Assembly: GCA_950097015.1 (NCBI GenBank)
Contig: CATNEN010000029.1
Span: 8,370,001-8,434,000 of the forward strand
Direction of reading: 5' to 3'
DNA from: Macrostomum hystrix
Taxonomy: Eukaryota; Animalia; Platyhelminthes
Length of the DNA stretch: 64,000 bases
Shown here: in pieces, positions 22,858-36,255 of the stretch
Layout: each line of letters opens with the position of its first letter
How positions within the stretch are numbered: position 1 is the stretch's first letter
Program-made: the position numbers and the translations under genes
The notes under the pieces: model-generated
The model's input: the letters and a program-made list of their open reading frames with translations, nothing else
Database searches by the model: none
Told to the model about the DNA's origin: nothing

Positions 22858-24586
22858 CCCTAGATAGTATGGGGCTGGCTGAGAAATACGCAGGTGAGAG
22901 AGTCTGGGCTTAGCAGGTGGAGCAAAGCGGACTTTGTTCTTCCTGCCTCTCCCAAATCCAGTAGCAAAACTGGACGTCGTGCCAGGCTGCTGCCGCGGTC
23001 TTCGCAATTTGGGTTGGGTCCCTCGCCAATGACAGCTCAAAATAGCTTTGTTGTTATTCCTCCTCCATGCCACCAGCAAAACTGCCTCCAGTCTTCCCCT
23101 TTGGTCCGTCACCTGTGCGCGTCTCTCATCTTCTCCCATCTTCTTCTGAGCTCTCTCTCTCTTCCCTGCGTCAGCTTCTCTCTACCCCATACCAGTTCCC
23201 ATCCACATACTCTTTTGTCTAGCCATAGGGAGACCCGGCAAAGACTAAACATGCCCCCAGCTTGCAGCCACGCGCATGTGCTCATCTCTCTCTTTCTCTC
23301 CGACCCACTGAGCAGTTCTAGCGCCAAGTCTGCTCCCAATGCACGGCTCTCAGGAGCAGCAAAAAACTTTTTCTCGCCCACTAATGCGTCAAATGTATAG
23401 TCGGCCGCCAAGTTCAACCAACCCGAGGCTCAGCCTATTGGTTAAGGCCCTGTACGTTGGCAAAGCGTTGCGATCTGATAAATTTTCTGCCTTTAAAACA
23501 ACCAGCGTCACAAAAGGGTAACCGCTACTACTAATGCTAGCTGCTGGAGAAGACAAGCATCAGCATTGGGATCCGTTTTATTAGCTGCGCCCATCAGGGA
23601 CCAAATTAACATTTGAAAATAAAATAGACTCAGCAAATTTTTTTTTTCGCGGCAACAGTCACAATAATGGCGACATTCCTGCGGGTCAACTGCCCGCTGG
23701 CTACATGCATGCTATTCTGCTTTTCTGGTGAGTTATGATTGATGGTAAATCGCGACCGTTCGACACTTGGCCGATTGGCTTTGGCCATAGACGATAGACA
23801 ATAGAAGCTAGAATCTAAGACCTAAAATCTATACGTACAGTGCGTGCGAGATTTTCTATAAAATGAGAAACTGATAAGCAGCTTTGACACTTTACAGAGA
23901 TTGGAGCCTTAAGAATGTATTTAAGGACGTCATCGAACAAATATTAAACTCAAGCCATCTGCATTGTTACCACTAGATGATAGCTGTAGCTGTCAGTTGT
24001 TCATAGCTGCCAATAAGAGTAGACTGAATTAAAAAGCAATCTAAGAAAGCAGCAGTCCCGCAAGCATTCAGCACGGTGTTCTCAAGTTTCATTTCATGCC
24101 CTTCATCATGGACACTGAAGTGACTCCTGCACCGCTCACTGCTGATCTTTCACAACTAAGGGCTGAGCAGGCTGAGTGACTCGCTAGTTTCATGCCCCCT
24201 GCAGTGTTACGCACACAAAACCCGACATTAATTACACTAGGACTGGACGAAAAAACATTAAGTAAACAAAAACGAAAAATTAATAATAAAAATTATACAA
24301 ATAACTACCGAGTACCCATGCTGTGAGAAGTTTTCTGTTCTGTTGTCACGTCTGTCCAGTAGGTTGCTACATCTAGCAAAACTAGCTTGCCTCCAATGCT
24401 AACATAGCTATTTGTATCTATGAACTTTAAAGTGCACTTTAAAGTTGTCTGATACGATCGTCCTTTGATGACCTGATAATTCGCTGGTACGATACTTAGA
24501 AAGTGCATGAAAAGAACTCGAAAAATAGAAAGAACACAGTACGAAGAGTTTACTAAATACTCACAATCTACTCAGCATGATTTTTA

Positions 24587-27500
24587 ATGCTCGAAATGCT
24601 CACAGTGCACCTCAGCCTGGCGCAGAACACGGCACCGACATTCAAGCAGTGCAGTGGCTTGAATGCCGCCTACGTGACCGGGGACTGCGGCTCGATACTT
24701 CAGATCAAAGAGGAGGTACCGATTGGTATGTGAATTCCGTATGACTGAGTATAAACACAGGAGGGGAATCTCAGCAAACTGTGGAAATTGTATTATTACC
24801 TGCGAGCTGTTGTAAAGCCACGTAACACACAGCTACCAAAAGTGCCCGTTTAGCAGATGGATCTGAAAGTACACCTGACTCTCTTTCTCACTACAGATAC
24901 GCCTCTGTTTACTGTGGAAGCAGCTGACGCGGAGGGAGACGATGTTGAGTTTACCCTGATGGGGGAAGCAACCCTGTTGTACTTACTGAAGCTCCGGGCG
25001 GACAAGGTCTCTCGAAGCGCTGCCGTTATTGTCAACAGTCGAATCGACAGCGAGGTTTGGGCTGCACTTTTCGCTCTCTTGTTTGATTATATTTTCCTAA
25101 AGCTATGAAATCACTGTTCAATCGGTTCATCGACTTCCACAGAGTCTGAGCAACCCTGTTGCCAACCTTGTTCTGCGGATGAACGATCTGAAAGGCAACG
25201 TGAGTTATTTCCTTGAAGAAAAAATGCAGTTATAGGTGCAAATGACACTTTTTAACACTTATTCTCTCTTTAAAAATGTGTAATCAAATTTAATTTAAGT
25301 TAATCGAGAAGACAATCACTGTGTACATTGTGGATCAAAATGATAATCCACCGGAGCTGCAAAATCTACCTTACCGATGGGAAGTTCCCGAGGTAATGAA
25401 ACTCTTACATGATCTAGTAACATTTTGTATGAGATCACTGCTACATGCAGTTTATTTACTTGTTATTTTTTAATGCAGAGATAACTTTTTCAGCCGTTTT
25501 CATTGCTTCCAGAATACATTGTGGACGTCGCAGACGAGTTTCAATGTCACAGTGCTCGATCGGGACAAGACGCCCAGCAGCTACCGCTTCACCTATGTGG
25601 TATGCTCCGCACTCTGCGTACACTGTGTACTTCTATTGATTTTCTTACTATAAATTACTGAGCCATTCGTATCCCTTAATTTTCAGGTAAACTCGGCGGT
25701 GAGTGGATTGATGAAGCTCAGTTGACGAAGCTTAAGCTTACCTTAAATGCTAGTAATTACTGAGACTACAGAACGCGGGAGCCGAACATGATAAAAATAT
25801 TTGATTTATAACTACGAGTTACAAATGCAGAAAAAGTTAATGAAGTCTGTCAACAGCTGTTTTTGTAGCATTATACGCTCGTATATTTACTTTTATTGGC
25901 CTTCATTTGAACTAATCGTTGAATTGTGGTCACTTTACGGTGACAAAGTATAAAAACAATCGTTATTTTAAATGATTCATTCTCAATCTTTAGTCCACAG
26001 CCTCAACGACAAATCTGTTCAACGAGACCTATCGCGTTACTAGAGGTCTCACTACGGGGACAATGTACCTGAGCACAGTGTCATTAATTCAGCCTCTGGA
26101 TTACGAGAGCAACCGCTTTTATCAGGTGTCCGTCTTTGTGACTGAAGGAATTTTAGGAGGCAAGAACGCATCAACAGATATTGTGGTAAGCGTCCTGGAC
26201 AGACAGGACACTCCACCGGTGTTTGATGGCACGCCTTACTTGGTCTCTGTGACTGAGAACTCACCCGTAGGCACGCTGGTAATGACAGTGCTGGCTAGAG
26301 ACGGTGATCGCGGTGTACCAAATCCAGTGCAATACCTGCTAGACAATAGTTCAGTCCTAGCCGAGCTGTTCGCGTTGAACAGCGCAACCGGTCGACTGGA
26401 GGTCGCCCGCAACATAGATCGTGAGAGCGCCCAGATAGCCGCAGTGTATGCCAGCTTCAGCTTGCAGGTGATCGCCGAAGAAATCTCACCTGACAGTCCG
26501 CAGCCGGCCAACTTGTCGCGCTCGTCGTCACCAGTGCGCATCACCGTTCTAGATGTGAATGACGTGACGCCTAGTTTTGGTCGATCCGAGTACAATGCCA
26601 CTGTTCTAGAAAACACGGCGGCAGGAACGCCAGTAGCTTTACTGACCACTTGCACTGTAACAGATCTGGACGAAGGTGACAATGGCGCCTTTGAATTGTC
26701 AGTAAGCCTTGGTAACGGGAGCGCGTTCGGAGTATTTGACGTTTTGCCCACTAGTGCCATTGGCACCGCAGCTCTGACAGTTCGGGTCAAGGACAGCGCC
26801 GTTTTAGACTACGAAGTAACTAAGAGCATTAAATTTCAGGTGCGCAAGAGAATCCTATATAGCTAATGCTTTTTCAAACTGTTGCGCCACCTTGTTTAAC
26901 TAAGCCTGATATCCCTGCCTTGCGCATTTTGTATGATGCATTTCAGATAGTGGCTAGAGAGTCCAAAACTACAGCGCGGCTGTCGTCGACCGCCACCTTC
27001 ACTGTATTTCTATTGGATGCTAATGACAATGCGCCCAAGTTCAATCTGTCCAAGTACGCGTTCAGCATCTTCGAGAATTCGCAAAATGGCACGTTTGTCG
27101 GTCAGGTCTCGGTAAGATGCTCTTTCGAATCAATTATGACACCAATACTTAAGACTGAGCATGCTTGCGCTTTTAACCCGATTGTAATTTTTACTCATTT
27201 TAGGCTTTTGATCTTGACAGTGGAGATCTCGGAAGAATTGTGTACAGCTTGGGAGGCACTGATGCATACAAGTGAGCAGCTTATGGTTCTAAATAGGCGT
27301 TAGAATACAAAAAATAATGTTTTCTTCCTCGATATAAAGTCGCTTGAACTATTGGCTAGATTTCAGATCAACAGCATCACTGGTCACATCCACGTTGGTG
27401 TCAGAGCCGACGAGGACCTCAGTCTGCTGGACAGAGAGAGGTTCCCTATTCTGTACCTGACTCTCCAGGCTACGGATGGTGGCGGCTTGACCGGCCAGTC

Positions 27501-30500
27501 CCAGCTGGAGATTCAACTACTAGACAAGAATGATCAGAGGCCGTCATTCCAGCGGAGCTTCTACGAAGGAGCTGTGATGGAGAACAGCCTCAGCATGGAG
27601 AGTGTTGTGCAGCTTGTTGTGAGTATCCACAAACCAAAATTGGCATAGAGGAAAGCAAAACAGCCAATGCTGATGTATTAGGCCTTGTATTGGTAGAGCC
27701 TTGATCCCAGTGTCCAATTTCATGTAATGTGTGAACTCTAGTTAATAATTCTAACAACAAAGGCGAATCGGGTCGGGCCGTAGCTTCAATAGATAGGACT
27801 CTCTCCAGAAAGCCTTATCAGAATGGTGATGGTTGAATATTTTTTGAAAATATTTATCTACACTCTAAACTCACTGCAGGCTGTCGACTCGGATCTATTC
27901 CCAAACAATTTCATAACCTACTCATTGCTGCCAAGCAACGCTAGCGTCTATTTTTCCATAGACAACGCAACGGGTATCTTATCTGTCCAGCGACCTCTGG
28001 ACTACGAGGCCCTGCCCATTAAGACCCTGCAACTGCTGGCTGTTGCCGCTGACGGTGGCTCCCCTTCTTTGAGCAGTACAGTGGAGATCCGCATCTCTGT
28101 GGTCGACCAGAATGACATTGTGCCGGAATGCAGTCGGCGGGTTTACAATGGCTCGGTGCCTGAGACAGCCACATACGGCACCCGGGTAACTGAGCTAGCT
28201 GGCAGCGATGGCGACAGTCCGGGTAGTCCGAATTCGCAGGTTTGTGCGGCATTTTTTAGAGCTTCTCAGACGTTGAAACTAGAAATAAAATACAACAAGC
28301 CCTTAGAGGAACAGTTTTGCGTTGAACTTTGCACTATAAAATAATATTATATTTTCTTCAAACGCCAATATCACTCGATTTGATCGTTGGCACATCGGAA
28401 CTCACCCACAAGGTTTTCTTTCGCATTCTTGGAGGCGCTGGCGACCGATTCACGCTGGATGCAAGCGGCACCATCGTTATAGTGGAACGTGGCGCTGACC
28501 TTGACGTTGATAAACTGGGCGTTTTTCACAATATCACCATTGGCATCTACGACCGTGGAACGCCGCAACTCACTGGCGCACCCTGCTATGTGTATATCAA
28601 CGTCACTGACGTAAACAACAAGGCACCCTACTTTGACCCCGTGACCTCTCGAGTCACCGTCTCCGAAGGCGCAGGTGCTTTCGTGCCACTATTCCAGCCC
28701 TCGAAGACTGGTATTGACCCCGACTCGAGTGCCAACCTCACCTACAGTCTGCTTGCCGGCGCCATCACAGGTCGCTCCGCCGGAGGTGCGGCCGTAGCGT
28801 CAACTCCAGCATACAACTTCTCGACACTGTTCAGCATAGATCCTCTGAACGCCACATTGTACACAGTAGCTGCACTAGACCGTGAGATAGCACAGGAGCT
28901 TACCGTGCAAATTCTAGTGCGTGACCTCAACGCTGAGACTCCGATGCCAGTGCAGACTGCGACAGGCACCATTGTACTGACGATAATAGACATCAACAAC
29001 AAGCCCCCACGCTTCCTGTCCACTGGCAGCGCCAACAACTACACTGTTCAAGTGAGAAACCTTTCAGAAATACTGAAGTTGGAAATCATACTTCCAGACT
29101 TTTCTGGTTTCAAAAGTCCCGTTCTTAAAAAAATTCTTTCTCTGACACGAAAGTGACTTCTTTTAGTTTTACGAAATGTTTAGCTTCAGTGTACCAAAAT
29201 ATGTGTTTTTTCGACTACTTTTTCCATTTTTTTCTTGCTTAGGTGTCGGAAGCTTTGGTCCCACCCATACCCATCAACTTGAGGCCGCAAGCTGACGACC
29301 CAGACGTGTCCACGGTCAGCCTAACATACGGCATAGTGCCACCAAGCATTAGCCAGTTTTCTATCGACCCGATCACTGGTCAAGTGTCTCTAGTACAAAG
29401 GCTAGACTACGAAAAGCGCAACAGGCTTGAATTTAACGTTACCGTTAGCGACGGTCTCCACATCACGAGCGCTACCGTTACAATCGACGTCATTAACGCT
29501 AACACCTATGATCCAGTGTTCGATCAGTTCCCAACGCCCCTCAGCTATCCAGAAAATACTCCAATTGGCACTGTTATCGCCACCGTGCACGCCTACGACA
29601 ACGACTCGGGCATCTTTGGTCAGGTAGTTTATAACTTGCTGGCCGGCGACGCCTTCTTCAGCGTTGCGGCCGGTTCAGGACGGGTAACGCTCTCCAGACA
29701 GCTAGATCGTGACGTCTCCAGTGGCGACCAGCAGCTGCTGGTGCTCGAGACAGTTGATAATCCTGGCGGAGTCGACCGACGTCGAGTCAGCCGTCAGATG
29801 GTTGTCAACGTTCTGGATACAAACGACTGTCCGCCAACCTTTCCTAGCAACCTATTCACCTTTCGGAATCTGAAGGAGAACTACCAGGCCGACTTTGACA
29901 TCGACTCTGTGCGTGCCACCGACAAGGACATTGGACGAAACAGCGAGCTTCGCTACGAACTGGTAGCGGCACCCGGACAATCCACCGAGGCACTCCAGCT
30001 CTTTCGAGTTTCAACAGTCAACAACACAGACGGTTACTATGCCCAGCTGAAAGTCAATCAGAGCCTGACGGGCAGGCAGGGCTGGTACAACCTCACCTTG
30101 GTTGCCAGGGACGCTGGCACGCCTCAGCTGACTGGCTCCACTGTGCTCAGCTTCTACATTGCCAAGGCGGATGACTTCACTCTTGTTGACGACGCGGCGC
30201 TGGCTCGCTTCCGCAGCGCTCTCATCGGCACGAATGTAATCCTGATTATTGGCTGCGCCGTGGCCCTGACCTTCATGGTGTGCATGTACTGCAGGTACAA
30301 GCGCCTGTCCCGCCAGGCCGAGCTCGCCATTGTGGCTGGCGAGTCGGACACTCAACAAGTGCGTCTGATGCGGCGAATGCAGCAGCAACAGCAGTCTGAA
30401 ACGGTTTCAGCTGGGGTGGAGACTGCTGCGAAAGACCGCCATACACAAAAGCAGAAAGGTATTGTTTTTTCTGTACACCTGGTGTGGCGATAGCCAGCCC

Positions 30501-30880
30501 CAACATTTGCCTCTGGCCCCTCTCACCAGTTTCGCATAGTAACCCAAGGTGCAAAATAGTCTATAGAGAAACAGATAGAGACGCAGTGGCGGGCACTGTG
30601 AGCGGCCAATTATCCCCCGTCAAGTGGGATTTGCTAGCGAGGGTAGGGAAGAGAGGAAATTAAATGTGGACGAGAGAGCGGACTATGGTTGCGCAGCCTT
30701 CAGCTATTGTCTTAGGCAGCACGGATGAATGCTCTGAAATGCTGGTAAGCCAGACTAAAGAGGCATTGTGGTGCAAAGTCTAAGTAATAATCGCCTATAT
30801 TTTTTCCTAGAATTGAGTGTTTCCTAGAAAAGCGCCAGAACCAGCTCACGCCGCTGCGGGCGCTCTACTCCTGCTTGTGA
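24587..30880 (+). CDS. Non-classical cadherin (11 EC repeats, one TM; CDH23/Cad87A-like grade), short-tail isoform ~1379 aa
   Basis: Exons 24587-24725, 24897-25054, 25143-25199, 25300-25392, 25513-25599, 25994-26839, 26947-27111, 27204-27271, 27360-27618, 27880-28239, 28413-29051, 29243-30458, 30828-30880 are all phase-compatible (4140 nt). Repeated DxNDNxP, LDYE/LDRE and AxDxD motifs; TM NVILIIGCAVALTFMVCMYC; ends YSCL*. The start codon and signal peptide are uncertain. Confidence 0.92.
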
Positions 30881-31496
30881 GCAGCCTGAGTCTCTCATCC
30901 ATTTAACTTTAAAGGTCTTCAACTGCTGCTAATGCATCCTCTACTTTACCGTCAATTTTAAGCATTTACCTGCTTGAGATGCCAAACTCCATCATGCTTA
31001 GTCGCTAAATCAATATCTCAAGCCATTTTTTTAGTCTAAAGCTACAAACTAAGGTGGGACATTGTAAGGTATGCTTACAAATAAAAAATCTTGCATTGCT
31101 TTGGAGTGATTCAATTGTTAAAATGGAGTTTCAAGTGGTCTGGTAAAGTTTTGGTAAAACTGTAAGCTAGCTCTTAGTTTGAAACTGTAAAAACTTAACT
31201 TATTCGTTTTTGTGCTGTTTCTGTCGAAGTCGAAAACGTTTACAATAAAAGAGGCTTTCAATCTAAAAAAATAAAATGCATATCAATTAAATCAAACTCA
31301 AAGGCATAAAATCAACGTCTATAGTACTTATTTCGATCAGTGGATCTCAACAATTCAAATAGATAGACCTTACTTATTCTACCGACAGTAGCACGCGTAG
31401 GAGATACTGTAAGCCCGCAATGTAATAGTACAATATCAATCCTATCTGTCTACTACCAGTAAGCAATTGCTTCTGTTTCTCTTCGCCACCTTACAG

Positions 31497-32756
31497 AAGT
31501 CGCAGAGTCGCATAGTTCCATCGCCGCCGAGAAGGAGGCGGTCAGGGCACCAATTATCATGGCGCCCCTCGTGACCAGCCGACACGAGCCGTGAGTTCTG
31601 AATCCTGACACTGCGGCACTCTGATTGGCTGTTATTAAAATATACAATCCGGGGATTGAGTGGTTGTGAATCCTTGGCACTGCGGCACTCTGATTGGCCA
31701 GTTACTATGATTTAAATAAGCTATGTTAATATTACTAAACGTTTCCAATCCGGATGATAAAAGCTCTATTCGTTCCGCTTCTTCAGATTGAACCACTCGA
31801 GGCTAAACTCCACAGAAGGAGTCGAGAGCAGTCAGTGAGTGCTGATTTTTTCCTTAACACGCAAGATCCCTATCCCTGCTCGCTAACCTTGGACCAGCTT
31901 AAATTTTCTTTTGTTTTTACTTTTAGAAGTGCGGAAAGGAAGCGAAAGAAGAAGGGCAAGAGGTCAAGCAGGATTGATCCCGGGTAAAGACTTTAAATTA
32001 TTACCTTGCAATGGCTGCATTGCCACAATGATTGGCTGTTGTACCTCTCTAATAAACACAAGGCTACCAAGTAAAGCTTTTCGCTTCTGAAAGAGAGGTC
32101 GAGGGTTCGAATCTAGGCCTTAAGCGAGACACTTAATTTTTTAATGACTCAACTCTAATGACGGCTGTGTACGGCTGTCCTGTCCATGGACTAGGGGGAT
32201 GCCACACCCACAGTCAATTTACCCCAGCTGATGCTGGTAACTCATTTAACAGCTGGCTGAACTGAAGCAATGAATAGTTGAGTGTCTTGCTAAAGGACAC
32301 AGATTGTTCCAGTGGAGTCGAGAATCGAACCCCCGACCTTTAAGTCGTGAGTCCGACGCTCTAACCGCAAGGCTACAATCCCTGTACATCTGCTTTTTTC
32401 CTTCGAATAAATTCGTAATTTTTTTTGTTTGAGCCATAAAATATGGCGTGGATCTTAAGCTTACAGTTAGTTCTCTTGACCCTGCCAATTTTGATTGGTT
32501 GTTTATATATGGTTGGTATATTCGAGCATATTTTCTCAGGTCTCTGAGAATAAAGCTTGCTTGTTTGCTTTCAACTTGCAGGAACTCGGATCCCAGCCTC
32601 AACGAGCCTGGTCTCCAGGAGACTCAGCCGACGTCAAATCAGATTGGCGGGGGCCACAGACAGCTGCCGCCGTTGATGCGTCGTCATTATCAGCATCGGC
32701 GTCAACCGGACCTGCTGGAGCCCGACGCTGATTACCAGGGCGGCTACCGAAGCTAA
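31497..32756 (+). CDS. Alternative long cytoplasmic-tail exons of the cadherin (31497-31590, 31787-31834, 31927-31983, 32582-32756); long isoform ~1486 aa
   Basis: Each exon has a polypyrimidine-AG acceptor and a GTGAGT/GTAAAG donor. Phases chain 1-2-2-2 from the donor at 30458 and the frame stays open to TAA at 32756. Confidence 0.7.
32060..32135 (+). mobile_element. Degenerate SINE family 1-like copy, converging tail-to-tail with the next copy
   Basis: gaggtcgagggttcgaatctaggccttaagcgagacacttaa contains a B-box and the core motif (gcaagacactt). Confidence 0.45.
32158..32377 (-). mobile_element. tRNA-derived SINE family 1, best-preserved copy, in a cadherin intron
   Basis: Minus strand: tRNA-like head tgtagccttgcggttagagcgtcggactcacgacttaaaggtcgggggttcgattctc; core tgtgtcctttagcaagacactcaac...cagccagctgttaaatgagttacc; tail agtccatggacaggacagccgtacacagcc. 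Confidence 0.85.
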
Positions 32757-34404
32757 ACGAAATGTCGAATAGAACTTTCCACATGCTTATTTAACATCAT
32801 TTGAATAGAAACTTAGAAACCTATTTCTACTACCACTTATGCTGTGACGCTCCACTCTAAGGTTGCAATTGCCTTGATGCTATTTTTAGAAATTAACTTG
32901 TCGGGAATTCCCGTATGCTAATCAGCTAATTCAAGCACGTGAATAAATTAAGCCAATTAAGTTTTTTTAATTTCACTTTTTATTTAAGGGCAAGTGAAAT
33001 AAAAAAAGTTGTTTAACTAGTTAAGAACCCAGTTTTTTATTTCTATTCCAGAAATGTACATTCATTGTTTCTTCTTGTGTTAGCGACTCTTACTGTTAGT
33101 ATATTCTTGCATTAGTAATTTCAATGCTCTTTTCTGCATATAATAGCTACGCGTGTGCCAGTAAAGATTATATACAGTGCATAATTCATATCGGCTTCAT
33201 ATATGTTATTTTAATTTTATCAGTATATATACATTATTTTTTTTAGAATTTCTTATTCACAAACATTGTATTTTATTTCGTCATCGTATATTGCTCCAAG
33301 CGAAACCACAAGTTTCTTTAAACTTTAGAACTGGACAATTCTATTTTCAACAAATATTTTTCGCGACACTTTATACCGGCGATTAAAACAAACTTATATT
33401 TGGCCCTTCGGTTGAATGTGTAACTTTTGTCTTTTTTAAACAAGCGGCTCTCCTATCTTTAAAAAATTCAAGCGCCATCGTACGAGTATTTTCATCTTTT
33501 ATTGGTAATACACATCTTCGTTACTTTCCTATTAATTATTATGCAATCTGATTGCATTTTTTATTTGCCAGATTGCTCAAAAGCTGTTGTGAGAAAGTCT
33601 AGTATAGATCAGAAAATCAATGTGGAAGAAAGCTCAGAAGACAATAAAAAAAGAAATAATGAAAGACATGCGTCATATACCCCTAAAAGTAGAAAGGTAG
33701 CATTTTGCTACCGATTGTATTAATTCTTTAGCTCCAGAACTGCAATTTCAGTAAATGATTTTACTGGGCACGTCATTGGTCCAGGGCACAGGCTATGAAG
33801 TTATACTATGGGGGGGCTGCGACATCATTGTGGCGCGCTCACCTCGCACTCAACTCATGCAACTCAATGCCAACCCCAGCGCCGCTAGCACATCTAGGCG
33901 CAGAAATTTCAAGCGTACTAAAAAGTCTCGCCCATACGTTTATAATGGCTTTCAAATTACCTTTGTGTACACTGTGGGTGAAGCCAGCTCAGGTGTCCAA
34001 CCCTGCTCCACCTGCCAGACCTCGCGCTTTGCGCTCACCTGTCTTCCGTTCAGCCCTCGTCTCTCTACTCTCGCCTCTCTCCTTTTAGGCTGGCGGAAAA
34101 AAGACTTCAACAGCGTTTGATAGTCTGAGGAGGGTGGGTGTTTTCAATAGTAGACAGCGCCGTTAGCAACCAGCTTAGCAACAAGCGGCGGTTCACAGTA
34201 CTCACTCGCTGGGGTCTGTGGCTTTCTCTCTAGGCAGGGTTAGAGCTCTGTAGCTCTCTGAAAATTTTCACCCTATGGCTTTATATGCGCCCACAATGCG
34301 CCCACAATGTTCTACCATTAAACACTAATTTAAAGCCAAGGTAGGCCGGAATTCAAAAGACAGATCAGCTCAGACAGGCCGAGGCATAGCAGAGAAATCA
34401 GAAA

Positions 34405-35453
34405 ATGGCAGTCAAAACCAACATGAAAGACATTGGCTGGATGTACCACAACTCGGCCAAGAAGGAGGACAGGCCGGAGGTTCGCGTGCCACCGACGTCT
34501 CAGATTCCCGGCCTGGGCAACATGCCAGACGACATGCTGCCGCCGGAGAAGGAGCCGCGCCAGGGCCTCATCAAGGACACGGATACGCCCTACATTGTCA
34601 TGGCCAAGAGCGGCGGGCGAAAGGACCTCCTGTGCATCCGAGAGAATCAACGCAACGACGACGCGCCGGCTAAGGACTATCCGCGCTGCGACTGGTTCTA
34701 CCTGGAGGACAATAGCCTGGCTGAGCAGGAGACGGTCGCACAGCGCGATCCGTGGGTGTTCCGCCTGCCGGACTACATGGTGCACCAGCCGTGGAACGCG
34801 GCCGGCAAGCCGTCGCACGCGGCAGCCGCCCGGTACGGACCTGGCGAGCGGGGCCGGCCGCCGTTTGCTACGGAGCACGACGTGCCGAATCACATGGTGC
34901 GCTTCGACAAGCGATCGCGCCTGCCGGAGGCGCGCAAACAGGGCTTCGGCGTGCGCAACGAGAAGGCTGCTAACAAAGTCGAACAGCAGCAACGGCAGCA
35001 GCAACTGCCAGTGAAGGCAAAGCCGCACAACGAGAACGAGCTCAGGCAGAAGGCCAGACGTGGCGGTGGATTTCAAGTGAGTCTTTGTTCTTCAGAGAAG
35101 GTCGGATATGAAATTTATCGAACGCCCTTAACTAACGAGTGCTTTTCCCTTCAAACTTTCGTTAGAATCCCAACGACGAGCTGCCGGGCGATCACCCAGA
35201 TCGGCCCGCTATGGGCAAGCTGCTATCGATGGGCTACGCCAAGGAGTGGCAGGACTCGCACGACGCCTACGAGCACGAGAAGGCTGAGGCCGCTCGCAAG
35301 CAGGCTGAGAAGCTGCGCGGCTTGCAGGCGAGGGCGCAGGCGAGGGAGACGCAGCAGATGGCGGCTGCCTACCGGCTGGCTGAACGACCGCATCACGGCG
35401 GCGTCAGCACGGTGCCCTGGAAGCCGACCACTAAGGCTGGCGACCTGCTGTGA
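34405..35453 (+). CDS. C7orf57: C7orf57-like uncharacterised protein (~319 aa; exons 34405-35076, 35166-35453)
   Basis: Motifs [37 protein letters not shown] and KLLSMGYAKEW correspond in order to the remembered human C7orf57 motifs ([48 protein letters not shown]). Phase-0 intron GTGAGT...TTAG. Confidence 0.8.
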
Positions 35454-35714
35454 ATGAGCTGAATGTCTGGATGGGACAGACTCGCGCGCTGTAGTTTGAA
35501 ACTACGAACGGAGGCCCGCCGGTCGTTAACTCTGATTGCTAAAATGTCTTTTTGCCTGAAAATTTGCACTGCTTTCTAAATCAAAATTTCAGCATGCATG
35601 ATGAGTAACGTAAATTGTGTTTTACAAGTGGGCTCTCGTGCGGTCTGTGTGTTTTCTAGCGTATTTGACTGTGCTTTAATTATTTCGGTTTGTTTTCTTG
35701 TTCAGTCCTAGTGG

Positions 35715-36255
35715 TGTGTATCCTGGTGTGTTTTGTTCTGTTGTGTCCTGGTGTGTTCTGTTGTGTCCTGGTGTGTTCTGTTGTGTCCTGGTGTGTTCTG
35801 TTGTGTCCTGGTGTGTTCTGTTGTGTCCTGGTGTGTTCTGTTGTGTCCTGGTGTGTTCTATTGTGTCCTAGATTGTTCTGTTGTGTCCTGGTGTGTTTTG
35901 TTGTATCCTGGTGTGTTCTGTTGTGTCCTGGTGTGTTCTGTTGTGTCCTGGTGTGTTCAGTTGTGTCCTGGTGTGTTCTGTTGTGTTCTGGTGTGTTCTA
36001 TTGTGTCCTAGATTGTTCTGTTGTATCCTGGTGTGTTCTGTTGTGTCCTAGATTGTTCTGTTGTGTCCTGGTGTGTTCTTTTGTGTCCTGGTGTGTTCTG
36101 TTGTGTCCTAGATTGTTCTGTTGTGTCCTGGTGTGTTTTGTTGTATCCTGGTGTGTTCTGTTGTGTCCTGGTGTGTTCTGTTGTGTCCTGGTGTGTTCGG
36201 TTGTGTCCTGGTGTGTTCTTTTGTGTCGTGGTGTGTTCTGTAGTGTCCTGGTGTA
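35715..36255. repeat. 20-bp minisatellite, ~27 copies
   Basis: Unit gtgtgttctgttgtgtcctg. Confidence 0.97.

Noticed and set aside
32300-32377. Possible genuine tRNA genes (also at 4340, 7838, 38282)
   Set aside because: No complete acceptor stem or T-run terminator; they continue into shared SINE bodies
33740-34130. Possible divergent minus-strand gene with GTGAG donors upstream of C7orf57-like
   Set aside because: I could not build a convincing ORF; may be UTR exons or chance
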